Origin: Hemiscyllium ocellatum
Taxonomy: Eukaryota
Reading direction: 5' to 3'
Assembly: GCF_020745735.1 (NCBI RefSeq)
Contig: NC_083436.1
Coordinates: 33,565,299 to 33,629,298, forward strand
DNA length: 64,000 nt
Below the pieces are notes generated by a model, which ran no database searches, was not told the origin of the DNA, and saw nothing but the letters and a program-made list of their open reading frames with translations. A program made the position numbers and the translations under genes. The first letter of the stretch is position 1; every line of letters begins with the position of its first letter. Of this stretch, positions 25,105-38,724 are shown in pieces.

Positions 25105-26170
25105 AAATACATAGAACATACCAGCACAGTACAGGCCCTTTGGCCCTTGATGTTGTGCTGACCTGTGGAACCAATCTGAAGCCTATCCATCCTACACTGT
25201 TCCATTTTCGTCCATAAGTTTATCCAATTATTATTTAAATGCCCTTAACATTGGCAAGTCTACTACTGTTGCAGGCAAGGCATTTCACGCCCCTACAACT
25301 CTCTGAGTAAAGAAACTATCTCTGACATCTGTCCTGTAGCTATCACCCCTCAATTTAAAGCTATGTCTCCTCGTGCTGGCCATCACCATCCAAGGAAAAA
25401 GGCTCCTACTGTCCACCTGATCTAACCCTCTGAATATCTTGTATGTCTCAATTAAGTCACCTCTCAACCTTCTTCTCTCTAATGAAAACAGCCTCAAGTC
25501 CCTCAGCCTTTCCTCATAAGACCTTCTCTCCATACCAGACAACATCCCAGTAAATTGCCTTTGAACCCTTTCCAAAGCTTCCACATCCTTCCTGTAATGC
25601 GGAGGCCAGAATTATATGCAATACTCCAAGTGCAACCACACCAGAGTTTGTACAGCTGCAACATGACCTCATGGCTCCAAAATTCAATCCCTCTAACAAT
25701 AAAAGCTAACACATCATATGCCTTCTTAACAACCATATCAACCTGGGCGGCAACTTTCAGGGATCGACGTACACGGACACCAAGATCTCTCTGCTCATCT
25801 ACACTGCCAAGAATCTTACCATTAGCCCAGTACCCTTTATTCTTGTTGCTCCTTCCAAAGTATATCACCTCACACTTTTCCATATTAAACTCCATTTGCC
25901 ACCGCTCAGCCCAGCTCTGCAGCTTATCTCTGTCCCTCTGAAACCTGCAACATCCTTCAGCACTGTCCACAACTCCTCTGACCTTAGTGTCATCTGCAAA
26001 TTTACTAACCCATCCTTTTACACCTTCATCCAGGTCATTTATAAAAGTGGCAAACAGCAGTGGACCCAAAACCGATCCTTGCAGTATACCGCTAGTAAAT
26101 GAACTTCGGGATGAACATTTCCCATCAACAACCACCCTCTGTCTTCTTTCAGATAGCCAAGTTCTGACCT
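25105..26170 (-). mobile_element. Relatively young CR1-clade LINE, 5'-truncated, with RT domain
   Basis: ORF 25503-26135 GILQGSVLGPLLFATFINDLD..KFADDTK..WAERWQMEFN; overlapping ORF 25285-25584 LERVQRQFT..LERRRLRGDLIETYKI; microsatellite-like tail at ~25105-25120. Confidence 0.95.
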
Positions 26171-26271
26171 GGTAATAAGCTCAGCTATTGCTTCTGATCA
26201 CGCACTCAGTTAGCAACGATAATTGATATCTTACAAATGTAATCTCAAGGGGGAATAGATGGGAACAGAGT

Positions 26272-26470
26272 TGGGGATTTGGTTAGCTCAGTTGGCTGGA
26301 TAGCTGGTTTGCACTGCAGAATGACACCAATGGTGTGGGTCCAATTCTTGCACTGGTTCAGGTTACAATGAACCCCTCCCCTCAGCTGAGGTGTGGTGAC
26401 CCTCTACTAATACTATCACTAGTCATCACTCTCTAATGAAAGTGTAGGACTTTGGTGACTTTATACTTTT
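26272..26470 (+). mobile_element. Short tRNA-derived SINE of a separate family
   Basis: A box GGTTAGCTCAGTTGG, B-box-like GGGTCCAATTC, tail GGACTTTGGTGACTTTATACTTT. Confidence 0.65.
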
Positions 26471-26499
26471 AATATTACAGTGATCAAAATCGTATGCCT

Positions 26500-27690
26500 T
26501 ACTCCAAGAATGATCTAACCTAGATTTGATAATATTAAGCACAATTTCTCTTCACCTGAGAAATAAAGTTCCTGTTTGCTTCTTTTAATGGCCTAGCTGA
26601 CTAGTGGTACAACTTTTAGGAACTGGTCTATTTGTATTCTGAGATTGCTTTTACCATATTGAACTTATACCTCCAATTAAGTGGCCTCCTAATCTTCGAA
26701 TAAGTATGCATCATCTCTGTGTTGAATTTCATTTGTCAGTATTTGCCCATTCTGTAAGTTCATTAACGCCAACTCCTAATTGTTGCAGTCCCCCTTAGAG
26801 TTGACTACCCCCTAAATTTGGGAAATTCATTCTCCCAGGCTGATCATTATCCATTCCTTGTCTGCCTAACTGTTCTCTCTTCCTGGGCTCTTTCTTGACA
26901 CATCATTTACTCCTTAACCCCCCCCACCCCCATCCTAGTTTCTGCATTAAAATAAAACAACTTTTTCCCATTTACCATCAGTTCTGAAAAAAGGTTACTG
27001 GACGCGAAATGTTAACTCTGATTTCTCTTCACAGATGCTGCCAGCCTTCCTGAGAATTTCCAAGAATTTCTGCGTTTGCCCCTAAATTTGATATCATTTC
27101 TAAAATTTAAAGTGTGCTTTTAATTGGGTATGTCTGAATTATTAATATAAACTGTAAACAGCAGTAGTCCTGAAATAACTGCACAGGGACTGGTGTCCCA
27201 TCACCAAGTTCCCCCTGTGTTCACACACACAGAGTTCACTGGCTGTGGTCAGCCAGCTCAGAGTCAATTCCTGAAGTAACCTGTCTCTCACACTTAGAGG
27301 AAGCATTGGCTGCCATTTCCAGTCCCATCACTAATCCTCGAGAAATATCAATTTCCACCATCTGCCACTCTGAACAACCAATCTTTTATTCCCACCATCT
27401 GCCTTTAACCCAACTAACAGTCCTTTCTGCCATTTGTCCCTGACTCCACATCCTCTGATCTTATTCACTGATCAATAATTGGAAGCTAACTGAAGGCTTT
27501 GTGAAAATCCAGATAAATTACAACTACTCTGCATTCCCACTGTTACCTCCGCAAAACATTCAGTAGGTTCGGTTGAGCAAGGTTTTGTTATTTTGATTAT
27601 TCGTGATTATAACTTTTGTTCATCATCTTTTAGTTGTGTTTCCATTTATTGCAGCACCAATGCTTAGGTGACTGGTCGATAAATCTTTGG
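26500..27690 (-). mobile_element. Old CR1 RT fragment, interrupted by a PLE piece
   Basis: Degenerate similarity to other CR1 copies (e.g. AAGGCTTTGTGAAAATCCAGATAAAT, reading YLDF.KAF on the minus strand). Confidence 0.6.
26821..27078 (+). mobile_element. PLE terminal fragment, family B, single arm with hammerhead-like motif
   Basis: Perfect 12-bp TSD CCCCTAAATTTG at 26809-26820 and 27079-27090; GTT-CTGAAAA-AAGGTTACTGGACGC-GAAA-TGTT-AAC at 26981-27016. Confidence 0.8.
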
Positions 27691-29699
27691 ACTCCTCCTG
27701 CTCCTGAGTTTCTTTGTTTCTATGTGTTTTTTGCTTCAAAGCTCATGTCTCTATTACCTATTAAGTGTTTGGGATTATTCTGTGGCTAGTGGGACCAGGA
27801 ATAAGAAATATATCTGTCTTCTTGTCTTCTACAAATGACAACTGATGCCAGATAAATTCTTAACGTTCACCTTGGACTGACAGAACTTTTTGACAGCCGA
27901 AGGTATGAAGGAATAAAGAGTAAAGGTAGGCAAATAGAGCTAGGTCTCAGATCAGCTCACTAAATGGTGGAACAAACTCAAAGGGCCGAATGGCCTCATC
28001 CTGTTCCTGTGTAGTTCCCCTGTGTAAAAGCTCAAATCTATCGTCGAGAAAGAAATTTGCAAGTTAATGTGTGGCTTATGAGAATAAGTATGACATGTAG
28101 AAGATTTAATCTTTTTTTCTTTGTTTAAGGTAATCTAACTTTTACAATGAGAATCTTTGATGAACGTCATAATACTTACTAATAATGGATGACTTGCACA
28201 AGAACAGCACACCACACCAGTAATGAGTGCCATTTGAATAACTGACTAAGATAGATTTAATTTTGATTATTTATGAACATAGTCAAAGCAGATAACCAGA
28301 GGAGAGTATTTGGCAGTAGTATAAACTGTTTTGAATCTCTACACTGTGTCACGACAGAAATGTCTTAACACAATCTCTTTACTCAATTACCTCAAAAAAG
28401 AATGCTAAGACTGTTTTCATGAGTAATGATTTACATTCATTTTAAAAATATTTGACAAAAATGAAATTCCAAGCAGACTCCTAGATCCTAACCAAGATTT
28501 TTCTCATGTTACCCCAGATTTCTTCGTCAATCACTGTACTGTATATCAGTATGCTCTAGTCCTGCACACTTCCTCTCATCTGCCAAGCTTCTTTCTCCAT
28601 TTCCTTCATAATTTTAAATACCTCTATCCCCTGTCCACCTTCCTTCCCAGTGACTCCATCGAGGTGGGTGTGTGATGAAACAAAGCTTCACTTTCTGGAA
28701 CATTCTGGAGCAATAACATCTACCTCCTGAGCTATTTCATGCAGACACTTGGGAAGGGAGCTATACCAGGGCCTGTTCTACAAGGCCTGGCAGCTTAGGT
28801 TGGGGATTGCAGCCTGGACTAGCAGTGGAACTGGGGCCTACGATTTCTGTAAGCTGGAGATTTACTACAACGAGCAATGAAGTTAGATCCTGGATCCTGT
28901 ATGTCTTCAGAGGACAAGACCTTCCAACATAATGTGTGAACAATACAACACATTCCCCATTCATGGCCAGGGAGGATATCTGACTAGCCAGCTGACTGTC
29001 TTGCCGATACGTACCACATGGAAAGGCAGATAATGGTAGGTATAGAGAGTTTGTCAGGTTTTGCAGCAACTCACCCTCTGGCACAGTGGTTTACCAATTG
29101 TTGGGATTCCCTGATGGCCTTTGGCTTGTCTTTACAGTATTTCATCTACTCACATTCATCGCCTGGACTGCCACGGACTGCTGTAGGAATTACCTTTAAG
29201 GAATTTGAAAATCAGTGTGACCACACCAATCTGGACCTTTCATAGCTCCAGTTGTAGCAAGATCAGGTCTACACTATTGTAAGTTAACATTAACAGACTA
29301 TATGACTACAGACAAGGGATGGTCAGAGAAAACATCTTCTGGATCTTTGTGGGCTCAGGTTCCAGATCACACCACTCTGACAGCTCCTTCTGCACATTCT
29401 CTGTTGCCATTCTTAAAATAAAGATATGCTTCACCCTTTACTCCATGTCAGCTCCAGTTACATTTCACTGCCTCAGAGCTTCAATCAATGTCAGACAACC
29501 ACTGTAGGCCATTTGGTACCAGCAATAGGCCATGTTCACTGCAAATTCACATTTGCATTATCCGGGCGAGAGATTACAACTCAAATGATACATAATCGAG
29601 TGGTGAAGACCTCAGCTTAATACCTTTGTTATACAATGATAGGAATAACAACAAAACAGAACCAAACTATTCACGTCAGCCTCATCGACAAAGAGGAAT

Positions 29700-30150
29700 G
29701 GGAGTAAAACATACTTCTGGGAAAAAGACTCCAGTAACACTGTTGCTAGATCAATTACAAGAATCATCAATCAGAGATGGTTGTGATGTCTTCAAGATAC
29801 TTTTTAACAACTTCTGACAAGATTCTGACTCTCGTCAAATTTGAATGTCGATGTGCTGGCTCAGAACTAGGGACAGTACTGTTGCGATACAGGAGCCCTT
29901 TAAAGTATTAGTGGTTTCAAACCAGGGATTCATGTGTGAGGCACATTTGATAACCGCTACAGTCCAGAAACAGAATGGATCGAAAGCAGTGGTGGGATTC
30001 AAACCTTTGACTCCAGAAAGTCGAGAAACTGAGAACAGACTATAGACTTCTCGGTCATGCAACCAGCAACTCTTGGCCATTGGTAAATTCAGTGCAAGCA
30101 TTGAGTTTCGGATCAGAGATTTGCAAGTGCACAATTTATGACCCCGTTAA
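29700..30150 (+). mobile_element. Degenerate Gypsy-type gag remnant
   Basis: Across frameshifts: VTLLLDQL..DGCDVF, FDNRYSP..QTFDSRK..EQTIDF, QLLAIGKFSASIEFRIRDLQVHNL. This resembles the retrotransposon gag pattern F..Y..P...F..R.Q..E.ID....LA..C.F.....IRD..V. Confidence 0.5.
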
Positions 30151-31602
30151 AATCATCCTGTATAAAAGTAGCCCTTCGGCCAATCAAGTTTGTACTGCCA
30201 ATGCTGTACCCTTCTACGTTGCGTGACTCAATTATTTTAAATGAATTCAACAAGGATCCACTGTACCCTTGACACACAGGGCTGTGTAAAGGATCCAAAT
30301 GAAGTTGAAATGGGTTCCAGAAAATGGTATTTATTTCGTAGGTTTGATTACTGTAGTGACATTTGTGCAATCCAAGGTCACAGGACTGTTGGACTTTGAG
30401 AACAACATACTTGTTTATGCAGTATAAAGGACTCCCACCCTTTAGCTTGTCTGCACTGCAGCCCTTCCCAATGATACACTGTGTTATTTTTAACTGATTC
30501 AATCTTTTATTCCATCCACAAGCTGTTGTCTTTTATTGGCCATGCGAGCATCATAGTCTTATCATTCACTACCCATCACACAGAGAGGCTAATTTTAAAT
30601 CAAATTATCTCTGGGAGACTCAGCAGATGTTCAATACTCCTGCCTATTGATTTTCTTTATTTTTAAATATTCTAAAAATAGTTTCATTAATTGGGTTGAC
30701 AGGGCACTTTGCCTGGCTGGAAGGCAGTGATTCTGTTTTTTTTTTCAGGAAAGGATTCATTCAGAGCCTTGAGTGCGTTGTGCACATCCTTTTCTCTCTG
30801 CCCTCTTATTCTGGGAAGTGGTGGTGGAGGTGTGGGGTGGGGGCGTAGTGTAGTGGTGGGAAGGAAAGTCAATTTCTGTCCTTCACCTCACTCTTCCGGC
30901 TGCTTATTTTCTGTTTAATCTTTTTATTTCTCTCTTTCTCTCAAATGGCCCAAAGGAAACCTTCCACAAAGTCGCACCTCTGCTCGTTTAGGGCCTTTCT
31001 ACCACTCAGTCACCCCTTCCTTCTGGGAAGTGCATGAGGTCCAGTTAGACCCCATTTCTGCGTGACTTCAGCAACAAAGCAGGGTGAAGCAGATCGAAGC
31101 ATCCAGCCTTTGCTCCTCCACCCTCTGAATCACAACTCGGATTTATATAATGCTTTTAACACAGGAAAATATCCCACAACTTTTATGGGAGCATACAATA
31201 TAGGCAATAGGACCAGGAGTCAATCAGCCCTCAGATCTGCTCCACCATTCAATAAGACTGATGTGTTGGTGTCTCATATCCCACCTGTTCATCCACTCCA
31301 GATAACCCCTGGTTCTCCTATTTAACAAAAATGTCCAGACTTCTGCACAAAATTACTCAAAAACCCCACTTTCTGAAGCAGACAGTATCAAAGTTGCACT
31401 GGACAATTAAATCCTTCTCATCTCTCTTCTAAAACATCTGGTGCCTAATTTCAAAACTGCCTCCCTTGGGTTTGCTCTCGCCCTCAAGTGGAAACATCCT
31501 TTCCACATCCACCTTGTTAAGACCCTTCAGCCCCTCACTTCTCTGACCTTGGCCCAACCTGTCCATCCATCTTCATAAGACAACCCACTCATTCCAAACA
31601 AG

Positions 31603-31812
31603 GCGAAAGTGAGCACTGCAGATGCTGGAGATTAGAGTTAAGAGTGTGGTGCTGGAAAAGCACAGCAGGTCAGGCAGCATCCCAGGAGCAGGAGAGTTGA
31701 CGTTTCGGGCAAAAGCTCTTCATCAGGCTTTTGCCCGAAATGTTGATTCTCCTGCTCCTTGGATGCTGCCTGACCTGCTGTTCTTTTCCAGCAACACACT
31801 CTTAACTCTTGA
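31603..31812. mobile_element. PLE-derived fold-back insertion, family A
   Basis: Near-perfect ~85-bp arms; TSD CAAACAAG at 31595-31602 and 31813-31820; minus-strand CTGATGA-AGAGCTTTTGCCC-GAAA-CGTC at ~31699-31726. Confidence 0.85.
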
Positions 31813-32249
31813 CAAACAAGCTGAGTCACATAAGGAAATATTCGAACAGATGACCGTAAGGTTGATCAAAGAAGTAAGGTTTGGCAGGAGGGGAGGATTG
31901 ATTTAGAGTCAGACTGGTTTAGAAAGGGAACTGCAGTTTGTAGGTCTGAGATAGTTGAAGGTTCAGCCACCAAAGGTAGGAGTGAACAACAAACCAGTAT
32001 TCGAGCAATGCAGACTGGAGGAGCTTATAGAGGTAGGGAGGACTCGGGGACATTTTGGTGGTTTTGAAAACAGGGTTGAGAATTTCTTTTAAAAGAGGCA
32101 TTGCCAGGAGGCACTGGTATAGATCTGAGAACTTATGGTGATGAGGCAAATGGGACTTGCAATGTTAGAACCTGGACAGCAGAAATTTGGATGCACTTAC
32201 AGATATACAGAAGGTGCAATGTTTGAATATATAGCATGTCTTAAAATAT

Positions 32250-33040
32250 AAATTAGGAGTCAACCATTCGGCCCCTTTAACCTACATAGAAAATGGCTGA
32301 TCTCAACTCCACATTCCAACTTATCCCAATAATCACAGACAAGTCAAAATCCATTGACCTCTGCAATCATGGCATTCAATGACCCTCATTTCACCTCTGT
32401 CTTGGAAAAGTTCCAAAGAACCACTATCCTCAGAGTACAAAATTCTCTTTGTCTTCATCTCAAAGGGGTGATCCCTTGTTTTTAAACTGGGCATCCCAGG
32501 TTTTTGTCCCTCCCTTCAGGGGAAACATTCTTTCTGCAATCACTCTCTCAAGTCCCCTAATGATCTTCTACATTTCAATTAGCTCACTTCTCAGTTTGAG
32601 CTATAGGGAAAGGCTGAATAGGCTGGGACTTCATTCCCTGGAGCATTAGAGGCTGAGGGGCATAGAAAGGGTGAATAGCCAAGGTGTTTTTCCCAGGGTA
32701 GTGGAGTCCAAATCTAGAGGGCATAGGTGTAAGGTGAGAGGGGAAAGATTTAAAAAGGATCTGAGGGGCAAGTTTATCACACAGAGGGTGGTGTGTGTAC
32801 AGAACAAGCTGCCAGAGGAAGTGGTGGGGGAGGGATATGGGCCAAATGCTAGCAAACGGGATTAGGTCAGACTGGAATGGCTGGTCAGCACAGCCAAGTG
32901 AGACCAAAGTTCTGTTTCCATTCTGTATGATTCTAAGATTCTTTGATTCTCTTTCTTCTAAACTCGAATGGGTACAGGCCCAGGCTGGTCCAACCATTCC
33001 TCACAAAATAACCCTCCCCATCCCAGGAATCAGTCAATTG
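32250..33040. mobile_element. Nested CR1 fragments (plus-strand copy ~32595-32945 inside a minus-strand copy)
   Basis: LSYRERLNRLGLHSLE and VFPRVVESKSRGHRCKVRGERFKKDLRGKFITQRVV. Confidence 0.8.
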
Positions 33041-35153
33041 AAATGAGGGAAAATGGGAAGCTAATCAGTAGTGCAGCAGTGTAGCCCAGTCTGATGGGAC
33101 TCACGGTGGGTGACATTTGTGCACACAGTCTCAATGAGCAGATTTCTGGTGTCAGTTTACATCAAGGAAAGCATTCGTTGTAACATTAGCACAGCTCTCC
33201 CACGGCATGGATGTAAACATCTGAAAAACTTCTTTTGGGTAGTTCTTCAACACTCTCACCAACAGTCTCATGGAAATATCTTTTGTTGAGGCCATAGAAA
33301 GACAGAAACTAAAACATTTCCTGAACAATCTGATCAGGCTCTGTCAGCTCTGAAGAGGAAGTCCAAAGTGGTCTGCATACTTCCATCTAACAGAGCTTAC
33401 CATGATCAGAGTTTCCATTTCTATGTTCTCTTTTACATTCACACACAGGATGTGGGCATTGTTGGTAAAAGGTTGACATTTATTGTCTATCATTAGATGC
33501 CAGGAGAAGGTGAGGCTAAACTCTTGAATTGCTACAATCGAGAACCGATGTGTTGGTCTCATTATTCTTTGTGGAGGTTTGATGCCATGAGTGGCTTGGT
33601 AGAACATGTCAGAAAGCAATAAGGATCAACCATTCTGATCTTCTCTTATTTGTATATGGCAATTATTTACATTAATATCTTATTTTTATCTGGCAATTTA
33701 ATGAGTGACGAGTGGGGAGTTACTGTAAATTTCTTTCTCATTCTCATATGGCAGCTGACCCACACAAACATAATTCCGTGCAAACATCACTGGTAGCCGA
33801 GGGAGTGTTATCACTATTCCCCTGTCTGTCCCTTCAACTTCAGATCATCTTACAGTTTACTTCATGCTGGTAGCTATTTGTTGGTCTTTACTAAACACTT
33901 GTATAAATAAGAGGGACCAAGACACTGTAGTCTTGACTTTGAAATGTCAACATGGAAACTTGAACCTGAGGACCTTGACATTTCTAGGAGTTGTTTATAC
34001 AATTTTAAAATTTTCTGCTCGCTGGTCATATGCTGTGCCTCGCAACTTCATAAGAATTATGTAACATCCTGAACAGAACCATTTCTGGCACATCTCATGT
34101 CTAAATTGCATTCAGACACTTTGCAAACCAATTTATTAGCACCATTGTTCACAGAGCTTATAGCTGAAGTATACATTAACTCCAGTTATTGTAAAGGCAA
34201 TGGGACCATGTGCTATAGATGTGAGTAGCCAGTTCAGCTCCCAATTATTTATTACAGGTATCCCCAATTAAGTAATTGAGTGAAGGTTCAGATAACTCAA
34301 TTTGTTTCAGAGCTGCAGTAAACCTTCCAGGAGGAAAAACATCAGTCCATAAAAATATACTGTGTCTCTGAAAAATTCTGCTTTTAGATAACTTTAGTAG
34401 CAAGAAAATGAAGGGGGTGTTATAAGTGCAGGACATCCTGCCAAAACGTGATCATTCAACTTTCAAGAGTGTATGTGTCAAGTTAGTGTATGGGCTCAGG
34501 AAACCAATATCCATGATATTACAAAAATCACATCCCAGAACAACACCACAACTGCTCACAGTTATATCTCATAAACCCAGGCACATGTTGGGAGGGTTGT
34601 CTCTCATTAAATGTATGTTAGCAGACTGGAAGATTTTTCCAATCACCAGCTCTATTATGAATGGACTCCTGCACAACTCTTTTATGATTTCACTAGAAAG
34701 TGGTCATAGGAAATCTTCTAACACAGAAATGTAGAAAATAGGAGCAGGTGGCCATTCAGCCCATTGATTTCCCTCTGCTATTTAACTTGGATCGTTCGTC
34801 TCAATGTCACTAAGGCATAATGACCAACAATGGACCTGAACAGCACATAAACAAAGATAGGAAATGACCGGAGAGCTCTTATGGTCAAGAATGACGGGTC
34901 ACCTGGCTTCTCTTTCCTGATCCCTTTCTAACAACGACTTTAAATTATCAGCAATCCGCTGAGATATATTTACATGATCACTCTGGGTCAAATTGTCAAA
35001 AATCAATCAAAACGAAAACTGCAACAAAGAGCTGGGTCTTGCCAATTTTTGCTGAATATAATGCTGAATGGTGGGTGTGATCCCAGAAATCTCCCCTGCT
35101 GGTCTGGACCACTCCACACAAAGTGTAGCTGACAGATTCTGGGTAATAATATT

Positions 35154-35175
35154 GTTCTCTCTCTCTCTCTCTCTC
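35154..35175. repeat. (TC)n microsatellite
   Basis: About 10 TC units. Confidence 0.9.
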
Positions 35176-36049
35176 CCTCTGACCCATGCCATTGTCTCGT
35201 TAAGCCCCATAAAACTATCCCAGCAGGGACAGATGTGGGATTGGAGGAAATCATGATTTGAATTCCCACGATCCCCACTGGTGTCGTCAGGGTAAGAGAA
35301 ATAAAATTGGGAGTGGGGAAGGAAATGGCTGTTTTGAAAGCTGAGCTTTGTCACTTATAGTCAAATGAGAAAACATCGCCAGTCGATCCATTCAAGAACT
35401 AGATTATCTGACAGAAAAGCAAGGGGACACCACTCACCCTTCCGACATGTTTAGATCCAGCTGTGCTGAAAGAACTTTCCTCCAGGGACAAGATCACAGT
35501 GTCCATGATTATCTCAATAAGGGAATTGGGCCAGGAAATAGAAATGGTCGGTCATGGACTAAAGATCCAGTACTTGGGATGTTGGATTCAAAGCCTTTGT
35601 CTGTGCCAAATGTGATAGGCAAGAGAATGAATTAGAAGTTTTACATCAAGAAGTCCACTTGCATCTGGCAAGTGTAGGGTTAATGAGACCAGGTACACCA
35701 TGCTGACCACTGGGAGGTGTGGGATTCACATTGACGCATGGATCAAGATTGCTGTCCTCATCAATTTTAATACCTCCAGTTGAAATGTCCATGATTTGAA
35801 TCTCCAATAGTAGTCACTTGTTAACAGAAGTTGAATTTTGCTGAATGTTTAAAAGGATGCTGATTGTTTGGCAAATCAACTCTGACTGGCCAAGGTATTG
35901 CCTCAGAAGATTTTTGAAAAAGGATCCTATTCTTCTGCTGTGCAAATTGGTGTGAGCTTTTGAAATTTGGCATTCTTGCTGTGGTCCTGATGAGTTCAAG
36001 ATGTAACATGTCACTCTTTTCAACAATGATCTCAAAACTTTGACTACCT

Positions 36050-36340
36050 TCATAGAACCCTGACAGTGCAGAAAGAGGCCATTCAGCCCATTGAGTTGAC
36101 ACTGACCCTCCGAAGAGCATCCCACCCAGACCCAAACCTATCCCTGTAACGTTGCACTTACCATTGCAAATGCATCTAACCTGCACATCTTTGGACTGTG
36201 GGGGGAAACCAGGCCATCTGGTGGAAACCCCACACAGACACGAGGGGAACATGCAAACTCCATACATCCAAGGCTGGAACTAAACCCAGGTACTTGCTGC
36301 TGTGAGCAACAGAGCTGACCACTGAGCCACCATGCTACCC
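36050..36340 (-). mobile_element. HE1/V-SINE-type SINE
   Basis: Same head, core and tail as 9500-9822. Confidence 0.85.
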
Positions 36341-36944
36341 TCAGTAGAAATTGCATTTGTAAGAACATTTTACACTTGTGAACTCACAAACTAATTTAAT
36401 TAACAGTGTGAACCTAGTGCAGGCTTTTTGACATCCCCCAGGCAACACAGGATCCTCAAAAGATCCTCCACAGGATCCCCTCAGCTTGGCAGAGGTTTGC
36501 AAGATTTCTGTTCCAAAAAACTGCCAGCCTCTTCCGCCTCTACTACCTCCCTACTCAATACCTGATTCAATGTGACATTGTTCCTATTACTGAAAGCCAA
36601 CGTTGGTGCCCACAAGAAAGCTGCATTCTCATTCCTGTTTTATCTGAATGGAGAAACAGAGGATATGCAGATAAGGCAATAAAGTGGGAAATCTGGTGAT
36701 GGACAGTCGATAAACTGGTAACTCTGTGAACATACTGCAACTGCTTTGGGAAACCGGGGGTAATGTTTAAAATTGATTCCATTTGACAAAACACATTCAC
36801 TTTCTTTATCATCACAAATATAAAAAAGAATTTACTGGTGGTAATTTGAAGATGGTAATGAATCATCTTTACTGAGGATAAAATATTCCCAAGAGCCACA
36901 GGCAAGAGATATTAATACAGTCTTTGGCTGAAGAAGAATTCTGC

Positions 36945-37240
36945 AATGGCATGGTGACTCAGTGGTTAGCACTGCTGCCTCACAGCACCACGGTCCCAGG
37001 TTCAATCCCAGCCTCAGGTGACTGTCTGTCTGTGTGGACACATTCTCCCTGTGTCTGCATGGGTTTCCTCTGAGTGCTCCGGTTTCCTCCCACAGTCCAA
37101 AGATGTGCAGGTTAGGTGAATTGGCCATGCTAAATTGCCCAGAGTGCTAGGTGTGTCAGAGGGAAATGGGTCTGGATGGGTTACACTTTGGAGGGTCGGT
37201 GTGGACTGGTTGGGCCAAAGGACCTGTTCCCACACTGAAG
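36945..37240 (+). mobile_element. HE1/V-SINE-type SINE
   Basis: GGCATGGTGACTCAGTGGTTAGCACTGCTGCCTCACAGC..GGTTCAATCCC (A and B boxes) and V core. Confidence 0.9.
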
Positions 37241-38369
37241 AGAATCTAATCAACAAAAAGAAATATCCCAAATTTGGCCAAAATCCTAAATGTCTTTATC
37301 CAGGAACAACTCAAAAGTCTTCAAAGAAGGATCTCAATCAGCATAATTAAAGGAGCAGAAATGAATAGCAACTTGGCCTCGATGTATACAGTTGAAGGAT
37401 GTCCCAGCCCAGAAAGCCTATAGATCACCATGACCATAGGGGCACAGGTAATTCATGGCACAAAGAGGGAACAACACTGACTGGACATGTTCCTAATGGA
37501 TGATTTTCCATCTTCCACTGCCTCATCTCCCTGTTAATCCACTAACACCTCCATCTTCAATCACTCTTGCTTTCCTATGCTCACACAGAATTGTAGGATT
37601 CTCCAATCTTCATTCCAACAGACCTTTCTCCCATTTCCAATGGTTTCCGACAAACCATAAGCATATTCGTTCTGAGATTTTCATTTTAAACACACTGATT
37701 TTTAATTATCCTGACTGTCTTTCTCCAGTTGGATCATAAAGTTTCATTCTTCAATTTCTGGAGACTCTGAGTCAAACTTTAGGGCTTGGCAACTCTGTTC
37801 TGTCACTCGGTATCATTCAAAAGTAAACGTGCGTTCCACAAACTAATACAAGATGGTGAGACCAGTGGGTGAAATACCACATGGACAGGGGAGAAGGACA
37901 TCTTGTGAGTTCACCTTATGAGTTCTGAGGCTACACTGATCCACTACTTGGGTATGATGGACAAGTAAGGGGTTACAGTAGGATCCTGGGAAGCATTTAT
38001 GCTCAGAGGGACTGTGATGTGTACATCTACCCATCCCCTGTCATATAATGATTGTTTATGATGTAATATGCAAGTTAGAAAGGATCAAATCAATGCTGCA
38101 AATAAAAATAAACTTCCAAAATCAGATAATCATAGGACAAACAAATATGAGGCGTATCAAATTTCTACAGTGTAACTCTTAATTTAGTAAGATGCCCTAG
38201 TCTCTCCAAAAGACTTTCTGTTTCCTCTATATAAATAGGCAAATAAGATGATTGTCAGGGCAAGGTATAAATTGGTGAGTTGCCCAGGGAAGGGAGTTAC
38301 CCAAAGCAGGTTAGCTGAGATGCAAGCTCACCATTGTAGCCAGCTAAGAATTATCAGTACATATCCTGT

Positions 38370-38383
38370 CCAGCAGATGGCAC
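38370..38383 (+). promoter_or_regulatory. CTCF-like motif
   Basis: CCAGCAGATGGCAC matches CCASYAGRKGGCRS at all positions. Confidence 0.4.
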
Positions 38384-38724
38384 AATTTCATGTAACACCC
38401 TTTCTGACCTCGAAAGGCAACACTGGGAGGAAATGGAAGTGTCCGAGGGAGATAAAAAGACTTTGGGAGATTTGTCTCAACTCCACACGGACTTCACAAT
38501 AGCCCAGGAGACAACGAAGCAACATGTAGCCTGTTAAAACTCAAACACACCGGTGCAACACTGAGGGAGAGCTGCATTGTCAGAGATGCCATTGTTTGTA
38601 AAAGCCATGCTCTGAATGTAACCTTGGCTGGATTTGGCAGATAGTGTGGTACATCAAAGCTGAACAGTCCTCCAAGGTGTCCACACCAGAGTAAATCCTT
38701 CTTCTAACCTAACCAAAACACAAC

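Noticed and set aside
25503-26135. Longest ORF (210 aa) as a host gene
   Set aside because: It is CR1 reverse transcriptase with a frameshift, within a truncated LINE.
30687-30872. Pro-rich 61-aa ORF
   Set aside because: It derives from a G-rich low-complexity tract; no recognisable homology.
36945-37015. tRNA gene
   Set aside because: It is the tRNA-derived head of a SINE, continuing into the V core.
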